A stretch of 64,000 bases of DNA from Glaucostegus cemiculus (Eukaryota). Made by a program: the position numbers and the translations under genes. The first letter of the stretch is position 1. Every line of letters begins with the position of its first letter. The DNA is taken from NCBI GenBank assembly GCA_976551045.1, contig CDPCPM010000248.1, forward strand, positions 3,100,001-3,164,000. Direction: 5' to 3'. Under the pieces are notes generated by a model. It searched no databases. It saw only the letters and a program-made list of their open reading frames with translations, and was not told the DNA's origin. Positions 47,166 through 60,818 of the stretch are shown here, piece by piece.

Positions 47166-48134
47166 CCCTTTAATTAATGATTTCAGACAAACTATAATTC
47201 ACGACTACTTTTCCACTTTGTGCTTACTTCACAGGGACAGAGTTATCTGAAATCTTCTGCTCTAAGCATAGTTGCAGCTTGCAAAGAACAGTTAGTCACA
47301 CAGTACAATGGTTAAAAGTAGGACACAAACAATATTATAAATGTTACATACATCATTTATTTAATAATGAAGAATAAAGGACTGGAAATACATATCCAGA
47401 ATATCTGTCCAACCTCTATGTACTTTACTTTAGCACAAAGCTTTCCAGATGCTTGGGTTGACCATCTGATCTTCTGGATATGGCCCAAGCATCTCCTGGG
47501 GCCTGTTGTCTGACTGTACTTGTCTTCCTCTGCAGGATGGAGGCGCATCTTGTGTTGCCTTCATATCAAGCAAGCTTCTTTGGTCACCTTTCTGAAAAGG
47601 CAATTGTTCCTCTGATAAGGATGGCCCCCTATGTCCTGACCTCATTTGATCTTGATGAAGTGTGTGTTGAACATCCACAGTTCTCTGTCATATCTGGTGT
47701 CAGTCTGATGTGGGGTTCATCCCCATTGTGTTTCCAACATCTGGGGTTGAAAGTAATAATGTGCTGTCTTTTTCTTGGCCACCTCTAGTTAGCTTCCAGT
47801 ACTTTATTTTTGCACTCACAGTTTTAGCAGTATTTTTGTTACTGGCTCTGTTTTTTTCTGCTCGCAAGTCTCTGCACAGATATGCTGGTCATTCCTTGGT
47901 TGGGGTATTGTGGAAACCTACTTTGTTCAAATGGGAGTCTGAAAGTGAAAATTTAGCCCTTTTTCAACAGTTCATTAGCCATCTCCATTGTCTGTTGCAC
48001 TGGCAAATGAACATTGCTAAATGGATGTTCCCTCAGAAATCTATTTCCCCAGAATTTGAAAAATCAGCATCTGTTACCATTTTCTAATGCACATGACATA
48101 GAGTAAATGTTTATTATTTACTTAATTATTTTTT

Positions 48135-49665
48135 GGAATCTGAACATTATTGGCAAGGCCAATATTTATTGTCTGTTGTGTATACTTTTGAAGAGGTTAT
48201 TGGTGAGTACGTGGCACCTGTTAGCAACATTAACATCATCGACATTCACTTTGCCCGTGAATCAGAGTGGTGAGCCACTTCCTTGAACTGCTGCAACGTT
48301 TCTGGTGAAGGTGCTCTCATAGGACTTTGGGGTGTGAGTTCCATGGTTTAAATCTGGCAACAATAAATAATGGTGATAGATTTCCGAAACAGGATGGTGT
48401 GCAACTTGGTCCATAATTTGCAGGTGGTGATCCATACACCTTAAGCTCTTTCATGGTGGTAAACAGCATGGGTTTAGAAGGTGTCATTGGAGTAGATTGG
48501 GTGAATAGCTACAGAATATTTTGTAGATGATATGTACTGCAGCCACTGTGTGCCACTGGTGGAGGGACTGAATGTTTAGGGTCTTAATCAAGCAGACTGA
48601 TTTGTAATAGATGGTATCAAGCTTTTAAAGTGATTCATCCAGGCTAGTGGAGCACATGCTGTTGTACTCCTGACATGGTTTGTAGATGGAGAAAAGACGT
48701 TGGGGTGTCAGGAGGTGAGACATCTGGCACAGGATAACCAGAATCTAAGTAGTTACGTAGCTGGCCCATTTGAGTTTCTGATCAATGATGAACACCAGAA
48801 TGTTGATGCTAGGGGACTTGGCAATACTAATGCCATTGAATGAAAAGAGTAGGTGGTTGGGCTCTTTCCTGTTGAAAGTGTTCATTGCCTGGCACTTTTA
48901 TGGCATGACTGTCACTTGCCACTTATCAGCCAATGTCTAAAGTTATCTAAGTCTTGCTGCATGCAAGGATGAGCTGCTTCACTTGATGAGGAGTTGCATA
49001 AGGGTGTGACCATCCCTACTTCCAACCTTACAAGAGAAGGAAGGTCATTAACGAAGAAGCTGTAGATGAATAAGTCTAGGACCTGAGGATCATTGCAGGG
49101 ATGTCCTGAGGCTGAGATGATTGTCCACATCCAACTACAGCCATCTCCCTTTGTGTGCAGTACAACCACACTGCCTGTTGACTTGAGTTTTGCCAGGGCT
49201 CCTTGCTATCACATTCAATCACATGCCATCTTGATGTCTGAAATTCAGCTCTTGCACAAAGCCTCTGCTGCAGTTTGGAGAGTTGTGGTCCTGGTGAAAC
49301 TCAAGCGGATCACTTGTGAGCAAGTTATTGGTGAGTAAGTGTAGTTTGATAACATTGTCGACAACACCGTTCATTACTTTTCTCATGATTGAGAGTCAGC
49401 TGATTGGGCATTAATTAGTTGGATTGGATTTGCCTTTTTTTCTGTGAACAGGATATACCTTGGCAATTTTCCACATTGTCGGACAGATGCCAGTGTTCTC
49501 ACTGCATTGGAACAGCTTGGCTAGAGGCTCAGCTAGTTCTAGAGCACAGGTCTTCAGCAGTACAGCTGGGAGGTTGTCTGATGCCAAAGTGTCTGCTGTA
49601 TCCAGTGCTCTCAGCCATTTCTTGATATCACATGCAGTGAATTAAATTGGCTGAAGACTGGTTTC
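48135..49665 (-). mobile_element. Old LINE of the CR1/L2 group, same family as 24550-25550
   Basis: Minus peptide FVNDLPSLVRLEVGM...MQQDLDNFRHWLISG (RT domain remnants); shares GCAGCCACTGTG...GGTGGAGGGA with 24555-24585. Confidence 0.75.
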
Positions 49666-49854
49666 CGGGAGTGGAAGCCTTTTATATTCGTAAAAGTGCT
49701 CAAGTCATTGATGGGAGTCTCTTTCGGCATAAGAGTGCAGGCAATGGTTGCCTGCACTCATGATAAACCAGCAGTGTTGGCCAAGATGTCCTTTCCCTTT
49801 CACCGTAATCAAAATAGAAGAAATTATTTTATTGATTTATTGAGCAACCTCATG

Positions 49855-51331
49855 TCCTTAGCCACAGGTGCGGTGCTGGAGGACTGGAGGGTAGCTCACG
49901 TTGTTCTGTTGTTTAAAAAAAGGCTCTAAAAGTAAACTAGGTAATTATAGGCCAGTGAGCCTGACATCAGTAGTAGTTAAATTATTGGAAGGTGTTCTGA
50001 GAGATTTGATATACAAGTATTTGGACAGCCAAGGGCTGATTAAGGATAGTCAGCATGGCTTTGTGTGTGGTAGATCGTGTTTAACAAATCTTGTAGAGTT
50101 TTTTGAGGAGGTCACCAAGAAAGCAGATGACGGAAAGGCTGTGGATGTTGCCTACATGGACTTTAGTAAGGCCTTTGACAAGGTCCCACATGAGAGGTCA
50201 GTTCAGAAGGTTTTGCCACTATAGGTAGCCATGGAGGGGTTGTAAACTGGATTCGAAATTGGCTGAGAGGGAGAAGACAGAGAGTGGTAGTGGATGGTTG
50301 TTTCTCAGACTGGAGGCCTGTGACTAGTGGTGTGCCTCAGGGATCTGTGCTGGGGCCATTGTTGTTTGTTGTCTATATCAATGGTCTAGATGATAATGTG
50401 GTAAATTGGATCAGCAAGTTTGCTGATGACACTAAGATTAGAAGCGTTGTGGACAGCAAGGAAGGCTTTCAAAGCTTGCAGAGGGATCTGAACCAACTGG
50501 AAAAATGGACCGGAAAATGGCAGATGTAATTTAACGCAGACAGGTGTGAGGCGTTGCATTTTGGAAGGACAAATCAAGGTAGGACATACACAGTGATTGG
50601 CAGGGCACTGGGGAGTGCGGAGAAACAAAGGGATCTGGGAGTTCAGATACATAATTCCCTGAAAGTGACATCACAGGAGGACAGGGTTGTAAAGAAGGCT
50701 TTTGGCATCCTGGCATTCATAAATCAAAGTATTGAGTATAGGAGTTGGGATGTTATGGTAAGGTTGTATGAGATATTGGTGAGGCCAAATTTGGAGTCTT
50801 GTGTGCAGTTCTGGTCACCTAACTATAGGATGGATATCAATAAGATTGAAAGCGTGTAGAGAAGATTTACTGGAATGTTGCCGGGTCTTCAGGAGTTGAG
50901 TTACAGGGAAAGATTGAGCAGGTTAGAACTTTATTCCTTGGAGTGTAGAAGAATGAGGGGAGATTTGATAGAGGTTTACAAAATTATGAGGGGCATAGAC
51001 AGTAAATACGAGTAGGCTCTTTCCACCTAGATTAGGAGTGATAAGTACAAGAGGGCATGGTTTTAGGGAGAAGGGAGAAAGGTTTAGGGGGAACATTAGG
51101 GGGAACTTCTTCACTCAGAGAGTGGTGGGAGTATGGAATGAGCTGCCATCTGATGTGGTAAATGCGGGCTCACTCTTAAGTTTTAAGAATAAATTGGATA
51201 GATACATGGACAGGAGAGGTCTGGAAGGTTATGGACTGAGTGCAGGTCAATGGGACGAGCAGAATAAAGTTTCGACACAGACTAGAAGGGCCAAATGGCC
51301 TGTTTTCTGTGCTGTAGTGTTCTACGGTTCT
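49855..51331 (+). mobile_element. CR1 LINE, 1.5-kb copy with RT domain (stops and frameshifts)
   Basis: ORFs 49901-50224, 50284-50529, 50554-50859 and 51038-51343 give NYRPVSLTS, QHGF, MDFSKAFDKVPH, GVPQGSVLGPLLF, KFADDTK and FFTQRVV. Confidence 0.96.
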
Positions 51332-51394
51332 AAGCTTCTATGAAAATGAAGGACTTCAGTCACTTTCTTGATTGCAATATGTACTACACTTAGA

Positions 51395-52550
51395 GTTCTA
51401 GAAGGCATTTGATAAAGTGCTGCATCAAAGGCTATTGAGGAATCTAAAAGCTCATAGTGTAGGAGGTGACATATTGGCAATGGATAGATGATTGGTTGGT
51501 TAGCAGGAAACAGAGAGTGTTTCTCTGGTTGGTAAGGTGTAAGTGTGTTTCAAGGATCATTGCTGATGCCTCAGGTTGGTACAATTTGTATAAAAGACAT
51601 AGTCACACGTACCAAAGGTATGATTGCTATATTTTCTGATAACAGAAAGATAGGACAAAAAGGAAGTAGTAAAGAGGACATAACAAAGTTCCAAAGGGAT
51701 AGGGTCAGGGAAAGTGTATGAGCAAAGGTCAGGCAAATGGAGTGGGAAAATGAGAAATAGTCTATTTTGGCAGGAAAACTTAAAAATTAGCACGTTATCT
51801 GAATGGTGAGATATTGCAGAGCTCTGAGATGCAGAGGGAAGTGGGTTTCCTCGTGCGTAATTGTCAGAAGTCTAGGATGCCATGTCCAGAAAATAATTAG
51901 GACAGTGGACAGCGTGCTATCATCTACAAAGGATCTGACAAAAGCTCTTTGACCTGAGACATTAATTCTGTTTCCCTTCCTACAGACGCTGCCAGACCAG
52001 CATAGTGTTTCAACATTCTCCTGTTTTTATTTCAGGTTCCCAGCATTTGCATTTTTTTTAATTTTCATTTGTTTTCATTTACTGCTAGTGGATTTGAATA
52101 CAACAGTAGCGAGGTTATGTGATGGCATCTGGAGTACTGTGATTTAAGGAAGGATAGAATCCTGATTTAATGTGTTGGAAGCAGATCAATGTAGGTTTAT
52201 TGGCATAATATCTGGAAAAGGTGGGTTGTATTAGCAAAACAAGTTGTGTAAATTAATCTCTTCCCTCTGGAGATTAAAAGGGTGAGAGGGGAATTTCTTG
52301 GAGTAAACAAGATCCTGAAGGATCTCAACAGGATAAATATGTTTCCTCTTGTGGCAACTCTCGAACTAGAGATCACTGTTTAAAAGTAGGGTCAGAGTCT
52401 TTGGATGTTTTTAAGACAGATTTGGACTGATTCTTGATAAGCTTGGAGGTGAAAGGTTACTGCAGGTTGATGGGAATGTGCAGATGAGATTACATTTGGA
52501 TGAGACCAGGTTTGAGAGGCGGAGTAGCCTACTTCTGTTCCTAATTCATT
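51395..52550 (+). mobile_element. Old degenerate CR1 with a nested Penelope repeat
   Basis: AAGGCATTTGATAAAGTGC (KAFDKV), AGGAAACAGAGAGT, and tail CCTACTTCTGTTCCTAATTC. Confidence 0.7.
51934..52057 (+). mobile_element. Penelope terminal repeat with decayed hammerhead core
   Basis: TCTGACAAAAGCTCTTTGACCTGAGACATTAATTCTG...CAGACGCTGCCAGACC...TTTATTTCAGGTTCCCAGCATTTGCA. Confidence 0.6.
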
Positions 52551-53589
52551 TGTTAGCACGTATCATATGCTCATAAATTGGAAAGCATGGCAAGCAATTG
52601 GGAAGCTCTGGCTGCTTACAGTGACCCTGTGATGAGAAAACTCAGAGTCAATATGACCGTGACCTCCATATAGCAGGCAGTCCAGGCTCGAAAGTCTGAC
52701 TGAATACCTTCCTGTGGAATATTGCATAACTCAGACCGTTAAAACAGTCTGAATCTGCAAACAAGTTGTTCATCAGCAAGGTCTAGATGGAATGTGGCAT
52801 CTCTGAAGACTTGATGGGAGTAGCCTCTCTGCTAATGGGCATGTCCTTGCCTCCTGCCCTGAGTTATCTAACACTCCTTCTTGAGGCCAGTCATTGCTAC
52901 AGTGAGGGGTCCCCAAATGGAGTGATGTCAGCATTGAGCTTCTTTGCAGCTAAGTGCTGTGGTAAACACTCACTGCAGTCTGTTGAATCTGAAAGCTGTT
53001 TTTGAGCAACCTGAATTGAATTTTAAAGTCGTCCAGTCAGGTGTCATGATATCAATAGAATGTCCCTTTAAATAGCAAGGAAACCAATGATTGAACTCCA
53101 TATGCTCCTGGTTTAAATGAGTTGCTTTTTTGGACTTGGTCCAGGAAAAAAATGGGTATTGTGTGAAAAAGAATGAATGATAATTCCACTTGCTGTGAAT
53201 CTGATGGCAGAAGAAGGTCAAATGCACCAGTGTAGGTTGCAATTGTAAGTGAGTGATGCAATTTCACAATTGGTGCAACTGGTGCACAATTCTTACACCC
53301 AGAAGTGATTGCTAATGTTTTGGTAAAATAGTGGTTTCTTTTCAGAGCTACATGATCCACTTTCTGGTCAAGCCTAACTAATAATGCTAAAATGAATAAC
53401 CACTCCCCTGCTTTTTGCAGCTTTATATACAAAATGTACAATCATCATTTCATTTTGCAATATTATAATAAATACACAAACAGATATAGTTGAGCAAAGA
53501 GAAGTTATTCTGACACCTGAAACCTTATTTTATTTGCAATTATATTTGAGTTATGTTTCTTGATCTCCCTGGATAGACAACACGGGAGA

Positions 53590-53915
53590 AGGTGAAGAGG
53601 GTCGTTACTGAGGTACATAAAATTATGAGGGGTACAGACAAGGTAGAATGCAGGAAACTTTCCCCCTTATCAAAGGCAAATAAAATGAAAGAACGTAGAT
53701 TTACAGTAAGGTTAAGAGATTTAGAAGGGATATAGGGGAAGCTATTTCAAAGGGAAAGTGGTGAGTACCTGGAATGCCCTGCCAAACCGGAGTCTATTGG
53801 AAGCATCTAGTTGAGCACTTAAACTGCCAAGGCTTGGGAGACTACAGGCCAAATGCTGGAAGATAAACTACGTGGACACTGTGGGCTGAAAAACCTGTTT
53901 CCATGCTGTATAACT
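53590..53915 (+). mobile_element. Old CR1 3' end
   Basis: GAGGTACATAAAATTATGAGGGGTACAGAC (EVxKIMRG), TGGAATGCCCTGCC, and tail GGGCTGAAAAACCTGTTTCCATGCTGTATAACTC. Confidence 0.8.
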
Positions 53916-54164
53916 CAAAGACATGTTCAAAGACGCACATTAACAGGAATGGAACAGAAAGTGTTGTTGCTCAGTTAACTTGCTTGGCATCGATTATCTG
54001 ATTTGGGATTGTAGTGATAGTGGATGTTGATTGGAAAGTTGTCCTCTGCTCTCACTTGTCTGATTCTCAGACTTTGCAGTGGACCAGGGAGGAAGGATGT
54101 TGTGTTGCTGGATGTAGACATTTCTTTCCACAAAGAAGGTGGAGGGTAAAGGGAACAAGCTGCC

Positions 54165-54366
54165 AGAGGAAGTGCAGAGGTGGGTACAATTAAAATGTAT
54201 AAATGATGTTTGGGCAGGTGCATGGATGGGAAAGATTTAGTAGGATACGAGCCAAATGCAGGCAAATGCGACTAGCTCAGCAGGCTGGTACCACTTGTCT
54301 ACACACACCAAGTCATCCAAGACAATGCATGGATAAGTAGCGCCTGTTTTCGTGCTGTATAACTCT
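54165..54366 (+). mobile_element. Old CR1 3' end fragment
   Basis: GCCAAATGCAGGCAAATG and tail CCTGTTTTCGTGCTGTATAACTCT. Confidence 0.7.
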
Positions 54367-54514
54367 GACTGCTTGACTCTACGACTTGTTATTTTATGTA
54401 AGTTATGCAAGTCGGCTCCAAGCCAAACTTCCAGACTTCAGGTGAGGCTCTGTTCTGGGAGTATTGCACACCGAAATTCAAGGGTGGAGAAATGGTTATC
54501 AAATAATTCAAAAT

Positions 54515-54800
54515 CAATAAAATGCAAATGCTAGAAATCTGAAATAAGAACAGAGAATGCTCAGCCAGTCAGGCAGCACTGGGACAATGGAAAACAGTTA
54601 ACATTTCAGGTCAAAAGGCATTTCATCAGAACAAAGAAAAAAATAGAAATTGAATATATGAGAGAGGAAAGTGTGGAGAGAACAAAGGGAATGACTGCAT
54701 TAAAGTGGAGACTAAGGAAGACTGAATGATGCAAGTGGTGGTGATGTCAGCCGAGAGAGGTAGTGAAGGCTTGTTAATCACAGGTGATGTGTCTGGAGCA
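54515..54800 (-). mobile_element. Penelope terminal repeat and 3' region
   Basis: Minus strand reads TTCTGATGAAATGCCTTTTGACCTGAAATGTTAACTG...TGCTGCCTGACTGGCTGAG...TTTCAGATTTCTAGCATTTGCA. Confidence 0.65.
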
Positions 54801-55244
54801 GATTTAAATAGAAGGAAACAAATGAAAACAGCAAGTGAAGATGACAGGATGGGAACTCCTTTTGCAACATTTGTGTCACTGAATGAATTAAATGAGAAGG
54901 AGCAGGTCATGTTAACTTGTCATCTTTAGATATAAAGATGCCACAACAGTTTATTTGCACCTGCGTCCTCCCGTATTTACAGTGAAGATGTTTCCTATCT
55001 GAGTGTGCCAGAGGATTCCTGCCTTTGCTTCGTAGGACTGATTCTGATTATGTTATACTGCCTGTCACAGGCTTATCTCCTTGGGAATAACGAATGGGTG
55101 GATAGAAATCTGATCTTCCCATTTTACAGATGCCAGATAGGCACCTTAAAGACTAATATAGCAGGTGGTACACACACGCTCTTAAGGTGTGCTGCCTATC
55201 ATTTGGCTTGGACTGTTCATTAGCCTTGAAGTACGTCAAAGTAA

Positions 55245-55395
55245 AACAAAACTGCAGGTGTTGAAAATCTGAAATAAAAACAGAAAATACTGGAGACACT
55301 CAGCTGGTCATACAATGTTAATGGAGAGAGAACCAGCAGAGTTAATGATTTGAGGTAATGACCATGAAGGGTCATCAACATGAAACATCAACTGC
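55245..55395 (-). mobile_element. Penelope terminal repeat, head-to-head with a short plus-sense copy
   Basis: ACTGCAGGTGTTGAAAATCTGAAATAAAAACAGAAAATACTGGAGACACTCAGC followed by ATGAAGGGTCATCAACATGAAACATCAACTG. Confidence 0.6.
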
Positions 55396-55464
55396 TGAAA
55401 TAAAGGAAAAAGGCAAGTGAAGTGACAGTGATGTCCTTGTGAAGTATTTTGCCAAAAAGAACGA

Positions 55465-57643
55465 TGGAGTTGTGGATAGGGAAGAAGGTTGGTAAAGGAT
55501 ACAGCAGGATATAGGCAAGCTGCAGATATCAGTGGAGAAATGGCAGGTGGAGTTTAATCCAGGCAGATGTGAGGTATTAGTTTATTATTGTCACTTGTAC
55601 TGAGGTACAGTGAAAAAACTGTCTTGCATATCGATCGTACAGATTAATTGATTACACAGTGCAGTTACATTGGGTTAGTACAGAGTGCATTGAGGTAGTA
55701 CAGAGGGATTGATATAGTACAGGTAAAAACAATGACAGTACAGAGTAAAGTGTCACAGCTACACAGAAAGTGCAGTGCAATAAGGTGCAAGGTCACAACA
55801 AGGTCGGTCATAAGATCAGAGTCTATCTCATTGTATAAGGGACCCGTTCAATAGTCTTATCACAGTGAGGTGGAAGCTGTCCTTAAGCCTGGTGGTACAT
55901 GCCTTTAGGCTCCTGTACCTTCTACCTGATGGAAGAGGAGAGAAGACAGAATGACCCAGGTGGGTGGAGTCTTTGATTATGCTGGCTGCTTCATCAAGAC
56001 AATGGGAGGTAAAGACGAGAGAGTCCAAGGAGGGGAGGCTGGTGTCCGTGATGCACTGGGCCGTGTCCACAACTCTCTGCAGCTTCTTGCGGTCCTGGGC
56101 AGAGCAGTTACCATACCAAGCCACGATACATCTGGATAGGATGCTATCTATGGTGCATCAATAAAAGTTGGTGGGACTCAAGGAGGACAAACCAAATTTC
56201 TTCAGCCTCCTGAGGAAGTAGAGGCACTGGTGAGCTTTCTTGGTGGTGGCATCTATGTGATTTGACCAGTATAGGCTGTTGGTGATGTTCATACCCAGGA
56301 ACTTGAAGCTCTCAACCCTCTCAACCTCAGCATCATTGATGTAGACAGGTGCATGTACACCGCCCCCTTCCTGAAGTCAATGACCAGCTCTTTTGTTTTG
56401 TTGACATTGAGGGAAAAGTTGTTGTCATGCCACCATTCCAGTAAGCTGAATATCTCCTTCCTATACTCCGACTCATTGCCGTTTGAGATACGGCCTACAA
56501 CAGTGGTGTCACCTGCAAACTTGTAGATGGAGTTGGAGCAGAATCTGGCCACACAGCTGTGAGTGTATAGGGAGTAGAGAGTAGAGGGCTGAGGGTGCAG
56601 CCTTATGGGGCACCAGTGTTGAGAATAATTGTGCTGGAGGTATTGCTGCCTATCCTCACTGAGTGCGGTCTGTTGGTTAGAAAGTCAAGGATACACTTAC
56701 AGAGGGAAGTGTTGAGTCCTAGATGTCGGAGTTTGGTGACGTTTGCTTGGAATAATTGTATTGAAGGCAAAGCTATAGTCAATAAACTATGGTCTAGTGT
56801 AGGTGTCTTTACTGTCCAGATGCTCCAGAGCTGAGTGTAGGGCCAGGGAGATGGTGTCCGCTGTGGACCTGTTTCGGCGATAAGCGAATTCCGGTGGTTT
56901 CACTTTGGGAGGTCAAATGTAAGGAGAACATACACAGTAAATGGCAGGACCCTTTAGAGCATTGATGTACAGAGGGATCTTGGGGTCCAAGTCTATAGCT
57001 CACTGAAAGTGGCAACATAAGTGCAGAGGTTGGTAAAGAAGACATATGGCATGCTTGCCTTCATTCGTTTGGGCATTGAGTAAGGAAGTCATGTCACAGC
57101 TGTATAAAATTTTGATTAGGTGCATTTGGAGTATTGTGTTCCCCATTGCAGGAAGAATGTGGGAGCTTTGGAGAGAGTGCAGAGGAAGTTCACCAGGATG
57201 TTGCCTGAATTAGATAGTTTTAGCTATAGGGAGAGGTTGGTCAAAATTGGACTGTTTTCTCTGGAGTGTCGGAGGATGAGGGGAGACCTGATGGAAGTTT
57301 ACAAAATTATGAGAGACCTAGATAGAGTAGACAGCAGGTATTTTTTTTCCAAGGGTCACAATGTCTAATACTAGAGGGCAAGCATTTAAGATGAGAGGAG
57401 AAAGATGTGTGAGGCAAGTTTTTACACAGAGTGGCGGGTGCCTGGAATGCACTGCCAGGAGTGGTGGTGAGGGAAAAAACAGTAGAGACATTTAAGAGGC
57501 TCTTAGATAGGCACACAAATATGCAGAGAATGGAGGGACATGGACCATGTGCAGGCAGACGGGATTAGCTTAACAAGACATCATTAGTTTAATTAGTTCA
57601 GCACAACGTCATGGGCTGAAAGGTCTGTACTGTTCTATGTTCT
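55465..57643 (+). mobile_element. CR1 split by a Rex1 insertion (pieces 55465-55574 and 56893-57643)
   Basis: WQVEFNPGRCEV | [insert] | HFGRSN... then ALERVQRKFTRML and RMRGDLMEVYKIM; TTCTATG tail. Confidence 0.88.
55575..56890 (-). mobile_element. Rex1/Babar LINE, 1.3-kb copy with RT remnants
   Basis: ORFs 55828-56124 (AWYGNCSAQDRKKLQRVV) and 56289-56552 (IYKFAGDTTVVG...[12 protein letters not shown]). Confidence 0.94.
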
Positions 57644-57759
57644 ATAATAACTCCTGTGGTAGATCACCAGAGCCCTCAGAGGGACAATGGGACTGAATAA
57701 AAGCAACCTTTGGAATTGGAATTGGTTCCTTATCTACCAAGGTTCAATGAAAAACTAAC

Positions 57760-57905
57760 CTTGCATACCGTTCTTATGGGTCAATTCATTGCATAGTGCA
57801 TTGAGGTAGTCCAAGGTAAAACAATAACAGAATGCAGAATAAAGTGTAACACCTGCAGAGAAAGTGCAGTGCAAGTAGACAATAAGATGCAAGGTCATAA
57901 CGTGG
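57760..57905 (-). mobile_element. Rex1/Babar 3' UTR fragment
   Basis: GTGCATTGAGGTAGT...AGAATGCAGAATAAAGTGTAACA...GCAAGGTCATAAC, as in 8900-9030. Confidence 0.8.
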
Positions 57906-59209
57906 TGCCATTTCTCCAGGTTTTCTTTACAACCCAACATCTGTGATCCATCGAGAGGTTTGCGGAGTCTTACGGAATTTTCCCACCAGCTATTTTATTT
58001 GAATACTGCAAAGACTCATTTTTATTACAAATTTTTGAGAGCTATGTGATGTGTGTGTTTGCTGTTTATTAAGGCAAATAACAAGGACAGAGCTATCAAC
58101 AAAACACCCTTTGTTGAGGTTAACATTCTACTAACATCAGTGTTTGAACAATAAATCAAAAGTCATACCATGTGGTACATGTGATTCTTAAATGTGCTCT
58201 AACGTTCAAGTACACTACATTGCTTCCCCTTTAAAAGGCAACAAAGTCATGTAGCCCACCAATTATATACATGTGTTGAAATATTTCATCGAATACCTCT
58301 TTAAACACTTAAGAATTTATACAACTAATTCATTATTTATAGACACACATGAAAATAGTTCTCAGATTTAACTAAGCTTAAATATACATTTTCTCTTTCC
58401 TCTTCTCTGAAACTCTGTTCAATAAGTTAAACTAAACACCCCAGTCATATCCATTCCAAGTATTGATAATTCCATAAGTCATTTACCTAAGTAAGCTTTA
58501 TGCAAAACTAATTTTACATTCCATTCTACAAATGTCACCTTAAATATGGATAATCATAAACACATTGCACAACATGTTTTCTAAAAATTCACTGTCATAT
58601 TAAACTTAGCACTTTTTTTACTGCTATATCCATTGTACATTATTTCTGGTTTATTAACAAACATTTCTAAATTAAATCCTTCTTAATGCTCCCAATCTTC
58701 AGATCTCTGCTCTCACTTTATTATGTTCCTTGACTTAAATTTTGACTTCTCTTTCCTGTTGTCCCTGTTGAAGTTTGAAAGTCATCACCTCTGACCTTTC
58801 TTCTTTGTATTATTTCAAATATTCACACTTCAGCCAAAACTGTTTCCAGCCCCTTTGATGTGCTTTGGCCATATTGTATTGTGCTTAGATCAATAAGCTC
58901 AAGCTTTGTGTAACATCATTCATGGAATCTTCAGAAATCTTGGATCAGCTCCACAACATGATACATTTCTCAATCAAAACACTTACCCCATTCAGTAGAC
59001 ATCTAACTCTTTTCCAAGGTTCATGCAGTCTCATCCATCTAAACAGTATCATCTGCCTCACTTGACATGGCCTCAGTACGGTACTCTATGTGAAGCTTCC
59101 ACCTTATATGTGGATCCTTGCAAAGGTGAATCTGCTGTCCTAACACTCTGGTGAACTGGCTGTTTCATAATGCCCATGCTAATCACCTACACCTTTGCTA
59201 CTGAGAACT

Positions 59210-59990
59210 ACAAAATATTCCCAATGTTCCAAAAAAAGCAAGATTGCTGTCCGAACTGTACTCAGGACTCAGACTGCACGCTGCACTCCATAATGAAACC
59301 CTGGAAAGGGTGGCTCATTTTCCTTATCCCAGGAGCTACCATTCAGTGAAGTCAGAAGGGATGATGGAATTGACCAGTCCTCAATGCACTAGCACAGCCT
59401 TTAGCCATCTGAAGAAAAGCTCACGGTCGACTGGCAACAGTGGTTCCTGCCCCAATCTTGATTAAGGACATACAACAGGCATCTCAAAACACTGGAGATG
59501 TACAACCAAAGGTACCTCTGCAAAGCCCTCCAACTGCACTAGCAGTCTAAGGCAGCCAACGTCAGCGTCTTTTCCCAGGCCAAACCCCCAGCATCGAGGT
59601 TCTATTTATTAACTCAGCTGGCTCTGATGAGTGAGCACATCGCTTGCATGCCCAACACCAAAATTCTTAACAGTCATCTTACAGAAAGAAAGTCACAGCA
59701 GGAAATTACAATGGTAACATTCTCACCAATTCATAGGAATCTATGTTTCATGACCGATCAAAATGGAGAAGGAGTTTTGGGAAGTGCTTGGCTTCTTCTG
59801 CCACTTACACTGGGATTCACTGAGAACCCCTTCAATGGGAGCAGAGTGAAATCCAGTGTAAGTGGTGGAAGAAGCCCAGCACTTCCGATACTACCTTCCC
59901 ACCTGCCCCGTCAGCAGCTACTACCACATTTGTGGCAGAGTCTGCAGATCCCAAACATTGCTTCATCAGACACCTCAAAATCCACAGCAA
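59210..59990 (+). mobile_element. RTE-clade LINE, degenerate 3' portion
   Basis: LHNETLERVAHFPY (xETLExVxxFxYLGS pattern), CATGACCGATCAAAATGGAGAAGGAG (HDRSKWRR), and HICGRVCRS zinc-finger-like end. Confidence 0.75.
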
Positions 59991-60818
59991 ATTATCCTGG
60001 ACCCTGGGAGATTGCTTCAGAGAATAAGACAGAGCCCTCAGAATGCTCATTGAGGACTGTTCATCACTCTGAGAGATCTCACCCTGATCTGCATTTCTGG
60101 TTTACTTGATGCTGTGCTCCTTAACATTGTCTTTTCTCCTCATGGGGACCTTGGTAGACACTTCTACAATAACACCTTCTGCTCAAGTATTTCACTGCCA
60201 CCCTACTGCTGTTTGTGTATTAATTGTGCCCTGTGGTAATAAAGATGTTTATAGTTTCTGTTTGCAAATGTCCAGACATCGAACAAGGCAAACCCATGGG
60301 TTTTGAAAGGCAGTCTTAGAATTTTCTTAATGTCCAGAAACGTCTTTTCCTCATTGATTTTACCAGCTCCATTTTTCAATAACCCCATTTCTGAGAATAC
60401 CACCTTTTCATTCACCACCGTGCAGCGTCACCATGCATTGGCTCACTGTCTGATTTACTTCCACACTGAACCGTTTTGCAGTTAACTGCTTTAGCTTTAG
60501 CCCAGGCTCCACATTCCATCCAGGTAGGCTATCAGCAAACTCCATCTGTCATGGTGCCAGTGTTTTGCTACCCATATATTGATGACCACTTCTCTTGCCA
60601 TTCAGGGGGACACCTGTTCACTGTGCTCTCATTCCAGCTCACAGTGGTTGTGAACTGTAGACTTCTTGACCTTCCTCAAGCTGACCTGAGCCGTTGTCAT
60701 GAGTGGGAGCCCCTCAAAGCTTGACTGATTCCTCAATCTCTTCACTGTGCTACATTATCCATTCCTCTGAAACACAAGCCCTTCAATCTGACTCAATCCA
60801 ATGACTAGTCCAATCTCA

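Noticed and set aside
47357-47790. Cluster of overlapping ORFs with splice-like signals
   Set aside because: No frame gives a recognisable protein or transposon motif; left unassigned.
52628-52700. C/D-box snoRNA (GTGATGA ... CTGA about 70 nt apart)
   Set aside because: No convincing terminal stem and no recognisable rRNA-complementary guide.
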